The notes below the pieces were generated by a model, which worked only from the letters and a program-made list of their open reading frames with translations, had not been told where the DNA came from and did not search any database. A stretch of 64,000 nt of DNA. Origin: Auanema rhodensis. Lineage: Eukaryota > Animalia > Nematoda. The stretch is from assembly GCA_964057225.1 (NCBI GenBank), contig OZ059899.1, positions 1,426,001 to 1,490,000 of the forward strand, in the 5' to 3' direction. Below, piece by piece: positions 52,601-64,000 of this stretch. Position 1 is the first letter of the stretch; each line of letters begins with the position of its first letter. A program made the translations under genes and the position numbers.

Positions 52601-54370
52601 AAAAAATTATTTCTTCAGGGTGAAAATCGAGGATATAAGTGTGAACTTATATCAGTTGATATCTCGGTGCATTTTTAAGCTAGCGCAAATCTGATAACAC
52701 AGATCGACGCAGCTTAAAAATCCGGATCGAATGCACTATACTACATTGAAGAACGCTTAATACAAAAATTAGTTATGATCGTTTGAAAAATGATGCATTA
52801 GTGTATGTTGAGTTTCCATGTACACTCAACATTGCTTCCAAAAACATTTTGACAAAAATTTTTTCGAAAAATTTCAAAATAATTTAGCAAAAAGTAGATG
52901 TTTTTAGATTCCATTTTTCAAGGCAAAGACGATGGACAATGTTATTCAACGAAAAAATTAATTCTTCAGGGTGAAAATCGAGGATATAAGTGTGAACTTA
53001 TATCAGTTGATATCTCGGTGCATTTTTAAGCTAGCGCAAATCTGATAACACAGATCGACGCAGCTTCAAAATCCGGATCGAATGCACTATACTACATTAA
53101 GAAACGCTTGATACAAAAATTAGTTATGATCGTTTGAAAAATGATGCATTAGTGTATGTTGAGTTTCCATGTACACTCAACATTGCTTCCAAGAACATTT
53201 TGACAAAAATTTTTTCGAAAAATTTCAAAATAATTTAGCAAAAAGTAGATGTTTTTAGATTCCATTTTTCAAGGCAAAGACGATGGACAATGTTATTCGA
53301 CGAAAAAAATAATTCTTCAGGGTGAAAATTGAGGATATAAGTGTGAACTTATATCAGTTGATATCTCGGTGCATTTTTAAGCTAGCGCAAATCTGATAAC
53401 ACAGATCGACGCAGCTTAAAAATCCGCATCGAATGCACTATACTACATTGAGAAACGCTTAATACACAAATTAGTTATGATCGTTTGAAAAATGATGCAT
53501 TAGTGTATGTTGAGTTTCCATGTACACTCAACATTGCTTCCAAAAACATTTTGACAAAAATTTTTTCGAAAAATTTCAAAATAATTTAGCAAAAAGTAGA
53601 TGTTTTTAGATTCCTTTTTTCAAGGCAAAGACGATGGACAATGTTATTCAACGAAAAAATTATTTCTTCAGGGTGAAAATCGAGGATATAAGTGTAAACT
53701 TATATCAGTTGATATCTCGGTGCATTTTTAAGCTAGCGCAAATCTGATAACACAGATCGACGCAGCTTAAAAATCCGCATCGAATGCACTATACTACATT
53801 GAGAAACGCTTAATACAAAAATTAGTTATGATCGTTTGAAAAATGATGCATTAGTGTATGTTGAGTTTCCATGTACACTCAACATTGCTTCCAAAAACAT
53901 TTTGACAAAAATTTTTTCGAAAAATTTCAAAATAATTTAGCAAAAAGTAGATGTTTTTAGATTCCTTTTTTCAAGGCAAAGACGATGGACATTGTTATTC
54001 AACGAAAAAATTAATTCTTCAGGGTGAAAATCTAGGATATAAGTGTGAACTTATATCAGTTGATATCTCGGTACATTTTCAAGCTAGCGCAAATCTGATA
54101 ACACAGATCGACGCAGCTCAAAAATCCGCATCGAATGCACTATACTACATGGAAGAACGCTTAATACAAAAATTAATTATGATCGTTTGAAAAATGATGC
54201 ATTAGTGTATGTTGAGTTTCCATGTACACTCAACATTGCTTCCAAAAACATTTTGACAAAAATTTTTTCGAAAAATTTCAAAATAATTTAGCAAAAAGTA
54301 GATGTTTTTAGATTCCTTTTTTCAAGGCAAAGACGATGGACAATGTTATTCAACGAAAAAATTAATTCTT
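49700..54370 (+). repeat. 6-monomer higher-order repeat (2106 bp), ~2.2 copies
   Basis: GGACATTG at 49780, 51886 and 53992; CCAAGAAC at 51087/53193; ACATAG at 50243/52349; CATGGAAGAAC recurs at the same period. Confidence 0.9.
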
Positions 54371-54399
54371 CAGGGTGAAAATCGAGGATATAAGTGTAA

Positions 54400-57300
54400 A
54401 CTTATATCAGTTGATATCTCGGTGCATTTTCAAGCTAGCGCAAATCTGATAACACAGATCGACGCAGCTTAAAAATCCGCATCGAATGCACTATACTACA
54501 TTGAGAAACGCTTAATACAAAAATTAGTTATGATCGTTTGAAAAATGATGCATTAGTGTATGTTGAGTTTCCATGTACACTCAACATTGCTTCCAAAAAC
54601 ATTTTGACAAAAATTTTTTCGAAAAATTTCAAAATAATTTAGCAAAAAGTAGATGTTTTTAGATTCCTTTTTTCAAGGCAAAGACGATGGACAATGTTAT
54701 TCAACGAAAAAATTAATTCTTCAGGGTGAAAATCGAGGATATAAGTGTAAACTTATATCAGTTGATATCTCGGTGCATTTTCAAGCTAGCGCAAATCTGA
54801 TAACACAGATCGACGCAGCTTAAAAATCCGCATCGAATGCACTATACTACATTGAGAAACGCTTAATACAAAAATTAGTTATGATCGTTTGAAAAATGAT
54901 GCATTAGTGTATGTTGAGTTTCCATGTACACTCAACATTGCTTCCAAAAACATTTTGACAAAAATTTTTTCGAAAAATTTCAAAATAATTTAGCAAAAAG
55001 TAGATGTTTTTAGATTCCTTTTTTCAAGGCAAAGACGATGGACAATGTTATTTAACGAAAAAATTAATTCTTCAGGGTAAAAATCGAGGATATAAGTGTA
55101 AACTTATATCAGTTGATATCTCGGTGCATTTTTAAGCTAGCGCAAATCTGATAACACAGATCGACGCAGCTTAAAAATCCGCATCGAATGCACTATACTA
55201 CATTGAGAAACGCTTAATACAAAAATTAGTTATGATCGTTTGAAAAATGATGCATTAGTGTATGTTGAGTTTCCATGTACACTCAACATTGCTTCCAAAA
55301 ACATTTTGACAAAAATTTTTTCGAAAAATTTCAAAATAATTTAGCAAAAAGTAGATGTTTTTAGATTCCTTTTTTCAAGGCAAAGACGATGGACAATGTT
55401 ATTCAACGAAAAAATTGTTTCTTCAGGGTGAAAATCGAGGATATAAGTGTGAACTTATATCAGTTGATATATCGGTGCATTTTTAAGCTAGCGCAAATCT
55501 GATAAGACAGATCGACGCAGCTTAAAAATCCGCATCGAATGCACTATACTACATTGAGAAACGCTTAATACAAAAATTAGTTATGATCGTTTGAAAAATG
55601 ATGCATTAGTGTATGTTGAGTTTCCATGTACACTCAACATTGCTTCCAAAAACATTTTGACAAAATTTTTTTCGAAAAATTTCAAAATAATTTAGCAAAA
55701 AGTAGATGTTTTTAGATTTCTTTTTTCAAGGCAAAGACGATGGACAATGTCATTCAACGAAAAAATTAATTCTTCAGGGTGAAAATCGAGGATATAAGTG
55801 TAAACTTATATCAGTTGATATCTCGGTGCATTTTTAAGCTAGCGCAAATCTGATAACACAGATCGACGCAGCTTAAAAATCCGCATCGAATGCACTATAC
55901 TACATTGAGAAACGCTTAATACAAAAATTAGTTATGATCGTTTGAAAAATGATGCATTAGTGTATGTTGAGTTTCCATGTACACTCAACATTGCTTCCAA
56001 AAACATTTTGACAAAAATTTTTTCGAAAAATTTCAAAATAATTTAGCAAAAAGTAGATGTTTTTAGATTCCTTTTTTCAAGGCAAAGACGATGGACAATG
56101 TTATTTAACGAAAAAATTAATTCTTCAGGGTAAAAATCGAGGATATAAGTGTAAACTTATATCAGTTGATATCTCGGTGCATTTTTAAGCTAGCGCAAAT
56201 CTGATAACACAGATCGACGCAGCTTAAAAATCCGCATCGAATGCACTATACTACAATGAGAAACGCTTAATACACAAATTAGTTATGATCGTTTGAAAAA
56301 TGATGCATTAGTGTATGTTGAGTTTCCATGTACACTCAACATTGCTTCCAAAAACATTTTGACAAAAATTTTTTCGAAAAATTTCAAAATAATTTAGCAA
56401 AAAGTAGATGTTTTTAGATTCCATTTTTCAAGGAAAAGACGATGGACAATGTTATTCAACGAAAAAATTAATTCTTCAGGGTGAAAATCGAGGATATAAG
56501 TGTGAACTTATATCAGTTGATATCTCGGTGCATTTTTAAGCTAGCGCAAATCTGATAACACAGATCGACGCAGCTTAAAAATCCGCATCGAATGCACTAT
56601 ACTACATTGAGAAACACTTGATACAAAAATTAGTTATGATCGTTTGAAAAATGATGCATTAGTGTATGTTGAGTTTCCATGTACACTCAACATTGCTTCC
56701 AAAAACATTTTGACAAAAATTTTTTCGAAAAATTTCAAAATAATTTAGCAAAAAGTAGATGTTTTTAGATTCCTTTTTTCAAGGCAAAGACGATGGACAA
56801 TGTTATTCAACGAAAAAATTAATTCTTCAGGGTGAAAATCGAGGATATAAGTGTAAACTTATATCAGTTGATATCTCGGTGCATTTTCAAGCTAGCGCAA
56901 ATCTGATAACACAGATCGACGCAGCTTAAAAATCCGCATCGAATGCACTATACTACATTGAGAAACGCTTAATACAAAAATTAGTTATGATCGTTTGAAA
57001 AATGATGCATTAGTGTATGTTGAGTTTCCATGTACACTCAACATTGCTTCCAAAAACATTTTGACAAAAATTTTTTCGAAAAATTTCAAAATAATTTAGC
57101 AAAAAGTAGATGTTTTTAGATTCCTTTTTTCAAGGCAAAGACGATGGACAATGTTATTTAACGAAAAAATTAATTCTTCAGGGTAAAAATCGAGGATATA
57201 AGTGTAAACTTATATCAGTTGATATCTCGGTGCATTTTTAAGCTAGCGCAAATCTGATAACACAGATCGACGCAGCTTAAAAATCCGCATCGAATGCACT

Positions 57301-60300
57301 ATACTACATTGAGAAACGCTTAATACAAAAATTAGTTATGATCGTTTGAAAAATGATGCATTAGTGTATGTTGAGTTTCCATGTACACTCAACATTGCTT
57401 CCAAAAACATTTTGACAAAAATTTTTTCGAAAAATTTCAAAATAATTTAGCAAAAAGTAGATGTTTTTAGATTCCTTTTTTCAAGGCAAAGACGATGGAC
57501 ATTGTTATTCAACGAAAAAATTAATTCTTCAGGGTGAAAATCTAGGATATAAGTGTGAACTTATATCAGTTGATATCTCGGTACATTTTTAAGCTAGCGC
57601 AAATCTGATAACACAGATCGACGCAGCTTAAAAATCCGCATCGAATGCACTATACTACATGGAAGAACGCTTAATACAAAAATTAATTATGATCGTTTGA
57701 AAAATGATGCATTAGTGTATGTTGAGTTTCCATGTACACTCAACATTGCTTCCAAAAACATTTTGACAAAAATTTTTTCGAAAAATTTCAAAATAATTTA
57801 GCAAAAAGTAGATGTTTTTAGATTCCTTTTTTCAAGGCAAAGACGATGGACAATGTTATTCAACGAAAAAATTAATTCTTCAGGGTGAAAATCGAGGATA
57901 TAAGTGTAAACTTATATCAGTTGATATCTCGGTGCATTTTCAAGCTAGCGCAAATCTGATAACACAGATCGACGCAGCTTAAAAATCCGCATCGAATGCA
58001 CTATACTACATTGAGAAACGCTTAATACAAAAATTAGTTATGATCGTTTGAAAAATGATGCATTAGTGTATGTTGAGTTTCCATGTACACTCAACATTGC
58101 TTCCAAAAACATTTTGACAAAAATTTTTTCGAAAAATTTCAAAATAATTTAGCAAAAAGTAGATGTTTTTAGATTCCTTTTTTCAAGGCAAAGACGATGG
58201 ACAATGTTATTTAACGAAAAAATTAATTCTTCAGGGTAAAAATCGAGGATATAAGTGTAAACTTATATCAGTTGATATCTCGGTGCATTTTTAAGCTAGC
58301 GCAAATCTGATAACACAGATCGACGCAGCTTAAAAATCCGCATCGAATGCACTATACTACATTGAGAAACGCTTAATACAAAAATTAGTTATGATCGTTT
58401 GAAAAATGATGCATTAGTGTATGTTGAGTTTCCATGTACACTCAACATTGCTTCCAAAAACATTTTGACAAAAATTTTTTCGAAAAATTTCAAAATAATT
58501 TAGCAAAAAGTAGATGTTTTTAGATTCCTTTTTTCAAGGCAAAGACGATGGACAATGTTATTCAACGAAAAAATTATTTCTTCAGGGTGAAAATCGAGGA
58601 TATAAGTGTGAACTTATATCAGTTGATATATCGGTGCATTTTTAAGCTAGCGCAAATCTGATAAGACAGATCGACGCAGCTTAAAAATCCGCATCGAATG
58701 CACTATACTACATTGAGAAACGCTTAATACAAAAATTAGTTATGATCGTTTGAAAAATGATGCATTAGTGTATGTTGAGTTTCCATGTACACTCAACATT
58801 GCTTCCAAAAACATTTTGACAAAATTTTTTTCGAAAAATTTCAAAATAATTTAGCAAAAAGTAGATGTTTTTAGATTTCTTTTTTCAAGGCAAAGACGAT
58901 GGACAATGTCATTCAACGAAAAAATTAATTCTTCAGGGTGAAAATCGAGGATATAAGTGTAAACTTATATCAGTTGATATCTCGGTGCATTTTTAAGCTA
59001 GCGCAAATCTGATAACACAGATCGACGCAGCTTAAAAATCCGCATCGAATGCACTATACTACATTGAGAAACGCTTAATACAAAAATTAGTTATGATCGT
59101 TTGAAAAATGATGCATTAGTGTATGTTGAGTTTCCATGTACACTCAACATTGCTTCCAAAAACATTTTGACAAAAATTTTTTCGAAAAATTTCAAAATAA
59201 TTTAGCAAAAAGTAGATGTTTTTAGATTCCTTTTTTCAAGGCAAAGACGATGGACAATGTTATTTAACGAAAAAATTAATTCTTCAGGGTAAAAATCGAG
59301 GATATAAGTGTAAACTTATATCAGTTGATATCTCGGTGCATTTTTAAGCTAGCGCAAATCTGATAACACAGATCGACGCAGCTTAAAAATCCGCATCGAA
59401 TGCACTATACTACAATGAGAAACGCTTAATACACAAATTAGTTATGATCGTTTGAAAAATGATGCATTAGTGTATGTTGAGTTTCCATGTACACTCAACA
59501 TTGCTTCCAAAAACATTTTGACAAAAATTTTTTCGAAAAATTTCAAAATAATTTAGCAAAAAGTAGATGTTTTTAGATTCCATTTTTCAAGGAAAAGACG
59601 ATGGACAATGTTATTCAACGATAAAATTAATTCTTCAGGGTGAAAATCGAGGATATAAGTGTGAACTTATATCAGTTGATATCTCGGTGCATTTTTAAGC
59701 TAGCGCAAATCTGATAACACAGATCGACGCAGCTTAAAAATCCGCATCGAATGCACTATACTACATTGAGAAACGCTTAATACAAAAATTAGTTATGATC
59801 GTTTGAAAAATGATGCATTAGTGTATGTTGAGTTTCCATGTACACTCAACATTGCTTCCAAAAACATTTTGACAAAAATTTTTTCGAAAAATTTCAAAAT
59901 AATTTAGCAAAAAGTAGATGTTTTTAGATTCCTTTTTTCAAGGCAAAGACGATGGACAATGTTATTTAACGAAAAAATTAATTCTTCAGGGTAAAAATCG
60001 AGGATATAAGTGTAAACTTATATCAGTTGATATCTCGGTGCATTTTTAAGCTAGCGCAAATCTGATAACACAGATCGACGCAGCTTAAAAATCCGCATCG
60101 AATGCACTATACTACAATGAGAAACGCTTAATACACAAATTAGTTATGATCGTTTGAAAAATGATGCATTAGTGTATGTTGAGTTTCCATGTACACTCAA
60201 CATTGCTTCCAAAAACATTTTGACAAAAATTTTTTCGAAAAATTTCAAAATAATTTAGCAAAAAGTAGATGTTTTTAGATTCCATTTTTCAAGGAAAAGA

Positions 60301-60500
60301 CGATGGACAATGTTATTCAACGAAAAAATTAATTCTTCAGGGTGAAAATCGAGGATATAAGTGTGAACTTATATCAGTTGATATCTCGGTGCATTTTTAA
60401 GCTAGCGCAAATCTGATAACACAGATCGACGCAGCTTAAAAATCCGCATCGAATGCACTATACTACATTGAGAAACACTTGATACAAAAATTAGTTATGA
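54400..60500 (+). repeat. Duplicated block at 9-monomer spacing (3159 bp) with internal rearrangements
   Basis: GATAAGACAG at 55506/58665, ATGTCATTC at 55751/58910, TACAATGAG at 56256/59415 (again at 60117, +702). Confidence 0.85.
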
Positions 60501-62115
60501 TCGTTTGAAAAATGATGCATTAGTGTATGTTGAGTTTCCATGTACACTCAACATTGCTTCCAAAAACATTTTGACAAAAATTTTTTCGAAAAATTTCAAA
60601 ATAATTTAGCAAAAAGTAGATGTTTTAAGATTCCATTTTTCAAGGCAAAGACGATGGACAATGTTATTCAACGAAAAAATTAATTCTTCAGGGTGAAAAT
60701 CGAGGATATAAGTGTGAACTTATATCAGTTGATATCTCGGTGCATTTTTAAGCTAGCGCAAATCTGATAACACAGATCGACGCAGCTTAAAAATCCGCAT
60801 CGAATGCACTATACTACATTGAGAAACGCTTAATACAAAAATTAGTTATGATCGTTTGAAAAATGATGCATTAGTGTATGTTGAGTTTCCATGTACACTC
60901 AACATTGCTTCCAAAAACATTTTGACAAAAATTTTTTCGAAAAATTTCAAAATAATTTAGCAAAAAGTAGATGTTTTTAGATTCCTTTTTTCAAGGCAAA
61001 GACGATGGACAATGTTATTCAACGAAAAAATTATTTCTTCAGGGTGAAAATCGAGGATATAAGTGTGAACTTATATCAGTTGATATCTCGGTGCATTTTT
61101 AAGCTAGCGCAAATCTGATAACACAGATCGACGCAGCTTAAAAATCCGCATCGAATGCACTATACTACATTGAGAAACGCTTAATACAAAAATTAGTTAT
61201 GATCGTTTGAAAAATGATGCATTAGTGTATGTTGAGTTTCCATGTACACTCAACATTGCTTCCAAAAACATTTTGACAAAAATTTTTTCGAAAAATTTCA
61301 AAATAATTTAGCAAAAAGTAGATGTTTTTAGATTCTTTTTTTCAAGGCAAAGACGATGGACAATGTTATTCAACGAAAAAATTATTTCTTCAGGGTGAAA
61401 ATCGAGGATATAAGTGTGAACTTATATCAGTTGATATCTCGGTGCATTTTTAAGCTAGCGCAAATCTGAAAACACAGATCGACGCAACTTAAAAATCCGC
61501 ATCGAATGCACTATACTACATTTAGAAACGATTAATACAAAAATTAGTTATGATCGTTTGAAAAATGATGCATTAGTGTATGTTGAGTTTCCATGTACAC
61601 TCAACATTGCTTCCAAAAACATTTTGACAAATATTTTTTCGAAAAATTTCAAAATAATTTAGCAAAAAGTAGATGTTTTAAGATTCCATTTTTCGAGGCA
61701 AAGACGATGGACAATGTTATTCAACGAAAAAATTAATTCTTCAGGGTGAAAATCGAGGATATAAGTGTGAACTTATATCAGTTGATATCTCGGTGCATTT
61801 TTAAGCTAGCGCAAATCTGATAACACAGATCGACGCAGCTTAAAAATCCGCATCGAATGCACTATACTACATTGAGAAACGCTTAATACAAAAATTAGTT
61901 ATGATCGTTTGAAAAATGATGCATTAGTGTATGTTGAGTTTCCATGTACACTCAACATTGCTTCCAAAAACATTTTGACAAAAATTTTTTCGAAAAATTT
62001 CAAAATAATTTAGCAAAAAGTAGATGTTTTTAGATTCCTTTTTTCAAGGCAAAGACGATGGACAATGTTATTAAACGAAAAAATTATTTCTTCAGGGTGA
62101 AAATCGAGGATATAA

Positions 62116-64000
62116 GTGTGAACTTATATCAGTTGATATCTCGGTGCATTTTTAAGCTAGCGCAAATCTGATTACACAGATCGACGCAGCTTAAAAATCC
62201 GCATCGAATGCACTATACTACATTGAGAAACGCTTAATACAAAAATTAGTTATGATCGTTTGAAAAATGATGCATTAGTGTATGTTGAGTTTCCATGTAC
62301 ACTCAACATTGCTTCCAAAAACATTTTGACAAAAATTTTTTCGAAACATTTCAAAATAATTTAGCAAAAAGTAGATGTTTTTAGATTCCTTTTTTTAAGG
62401 CAAAAACGATGGACAATGTTATTCAACAAAAAAATTAATTCTTCAGGGTGAAAATCGGGTATATATGTGTGAACTTATATCAGTTGATATCTCGGTGCAT
62501 TTTTAAGCTAGCGCAAATCTGATAACACAGATCGACGCAGCTTAAAAATCCGCATCGAATGCACTATACTACATTGAGAAACGCTTAATACAAAAATTAG
62601 TTATGATCGTTTGAAAAATGATGCATTAGTGTATGTTGAGTTTCCATGTACACTCAACATTGCTTCCAAAAACATTTTGACAAAAATTTTTTCGAAAAAT
62701 TTCAGAATAATTTAGCAAAAAGTAGATGTTTTTAGATTCCTTTTTTCAAGGCAAAGACGATGGACAATGTTATTCAACGAAAAAATTATTTCTTCAGGGT
62801 GAAAATCGAGGATATAAGTGTGAACTTATATCAGTTGATATCTCGGTGCATTTTTAAGCTAGCGCAAATCTGATAACACAGATCGACGCAGCTTAAAAAT
62901 CCGCATCGAATGCACTATACTACATTGAGAAACGCTTAATACAAAAATTAGTTATGATCGTTTGAAAAATGATGCATTAGTGTATGTTGAGTTTCCATGT
63001 ACACTCAACATTGCTTCCAAAAACATTTTGACAAAAATTTTTTCGAAAAATTTCAAAATAATTTAGCAAAAAGTAGATGTTTTTAGATTTCTTTTTTCAA
63101 GGCAAAGACGATGGACAATGTTATTCAACGAAAAAATTATTTCTTCAGGGTGAAAATCGAGGATATAAGTGTGAACTTATATCAGTTGATATCTCGGTGC
63201 ATTTTTAAGCTAGCGCAAATCTGATAACACAGATCGACGCAGCTTAAAAATCCGCATCGAATGCACTATACTACATTGAGAAACGCTTAATACAAAAATT
63301 AGTTATGATCGTTTGAAAAATGATGCATTAGTGTATGTTGAGTTTCCATGTACACTCAACATTGCTTCCAAAAACATTTTGACAAAAATTTTTTCGAAAA
63401 ATTTCAAAATAATTTAGCAAAAAGTAGATGTTTTTAGATTCCATTTTTCAAGGCAAAGACGATGGACAATGTTATTCAACGAAAAAATTATTTCTTCAGG
63501 GTGAAAATCGAGGATATAAGTGTGAACTTATATCAGTTGATATCTCGGTGCATTTTTAAGCTAGCGCAAATCTGATAACACAGATCGACGCAGCTTAAAA
63601 ATCCGCATCGAATGCACTATACTACATTGAGAAACGCTTAATACAAAAATTAGTTATGATCGTTTGAAAAATGATGCATTAGTGTATGTTGAGTTTCCAT
63701 GTACACTCAACATTGCTTCCAAAAACATTTTGACAAAAATTTTTTCGAAACATTTCAAAATAATTTAGCAAAAAGTAGATGTTTTTAGATTCCTTTTTTT
63801 AAGGCAAAAACGATGGACAATGTTATTCAACAAAAAAATTAATTCTTCAGGGTGAAAATCGGGTATATATGTGTGAACTTATATCAGTTGATATCTCGGT
63901 GCATTTTTAAGCTAGCGCAAATCTGATAACACAGATCGACGCAGCTTAAAAATCCGCATCGAATGCACTATACTACATTGAGAAACGCTTAATACAAAAA
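62116..64000 (+). repeat. Divergent monomer repeated at 4-monomer spacing (1404 bp)
   Basis: The linked variants TCGAAACATT (62347/63751), TTTTTTAAGGCAAAAACG, CAACAAAAAA and TCGGGTATATATG recur 1404 bp apart. Confidence 0.85.

Larger units (their letters stand above)
1..64000 (+). repeat. Tandem satellite DNA array, 351-bp monomer, ~182.4 head-to-tail copies, extending beyond both window edges
   Basis: GTGTGAACTTAT recurs at 1, 352, 703 and onward to 63871. 1+182x351=63883; minus 14 single-base deletions plus 2 single-base insertions gives 63871, exactly as observed. No non-repeat sequence or strand switch was seen. Confidence 0.99.

Noticed and set aside
39560-54190. Three 79-aa ORFs MFLDS...
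   Set aside because: They arise only where two TAA>CAA variants coincide; no coding evidence.
1-64000. Monomer length divisible by 3 (117 codons), suggesting a giant repetitive protein gene
   Set aside because: The six-frame track shows no ORF longer than 79 aa, so stops interrupt every frame, and frameshifting 350- and 352-bp monomers are tolerated.
1-64000. CRISPR array
   Set aside because: There are no unique spacers; the entire 351-bp unit is repeated and no cas genes are present.
1-64000. Assembly artefact or rolling-circle/concatemer read
   Set aside because: Variants are shared, zoned and duplicated in nested blocks, and indels are almost absent, unlike random sequencing error. Exact copy number could still be mis-assembled.

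Overview
The whole 64 kb window is one uninterrupted head-to-tail satellite DNA array. It has a 351-bp, AT-rich monomer (about 30% GC by hand count of monomer 1). There are 182 complete monomers (first starts at 1, last complete one ends at 63870) plus a 130-bp partial copy. All copies are in the same orientation and typically differ by only a handful of bases. I see no genes, RNA genes, transposon insertions, inversions or unique DNA; every ORF in the track is a by-product of the repeat. The informative content is of three kinds: (i) the monomer is rich in dyad symmetry, including a ~67-nt nested hairpin; (ii) variant alleles are confined to zones along the array, giving a layered history; (iii) there are local multi-monomer duplications or incipient higher-order repeats (3-, 4-, 6-, 7-, 9-, 10- and 14-monomer spacings) traceable by rare markers. 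This most resembles eukaryotic (peri)centromeric or heterochromatic satellite DNA. I cannot assign it to a named family or species from the sequence alone, and I found no evidence for a novel gene system.
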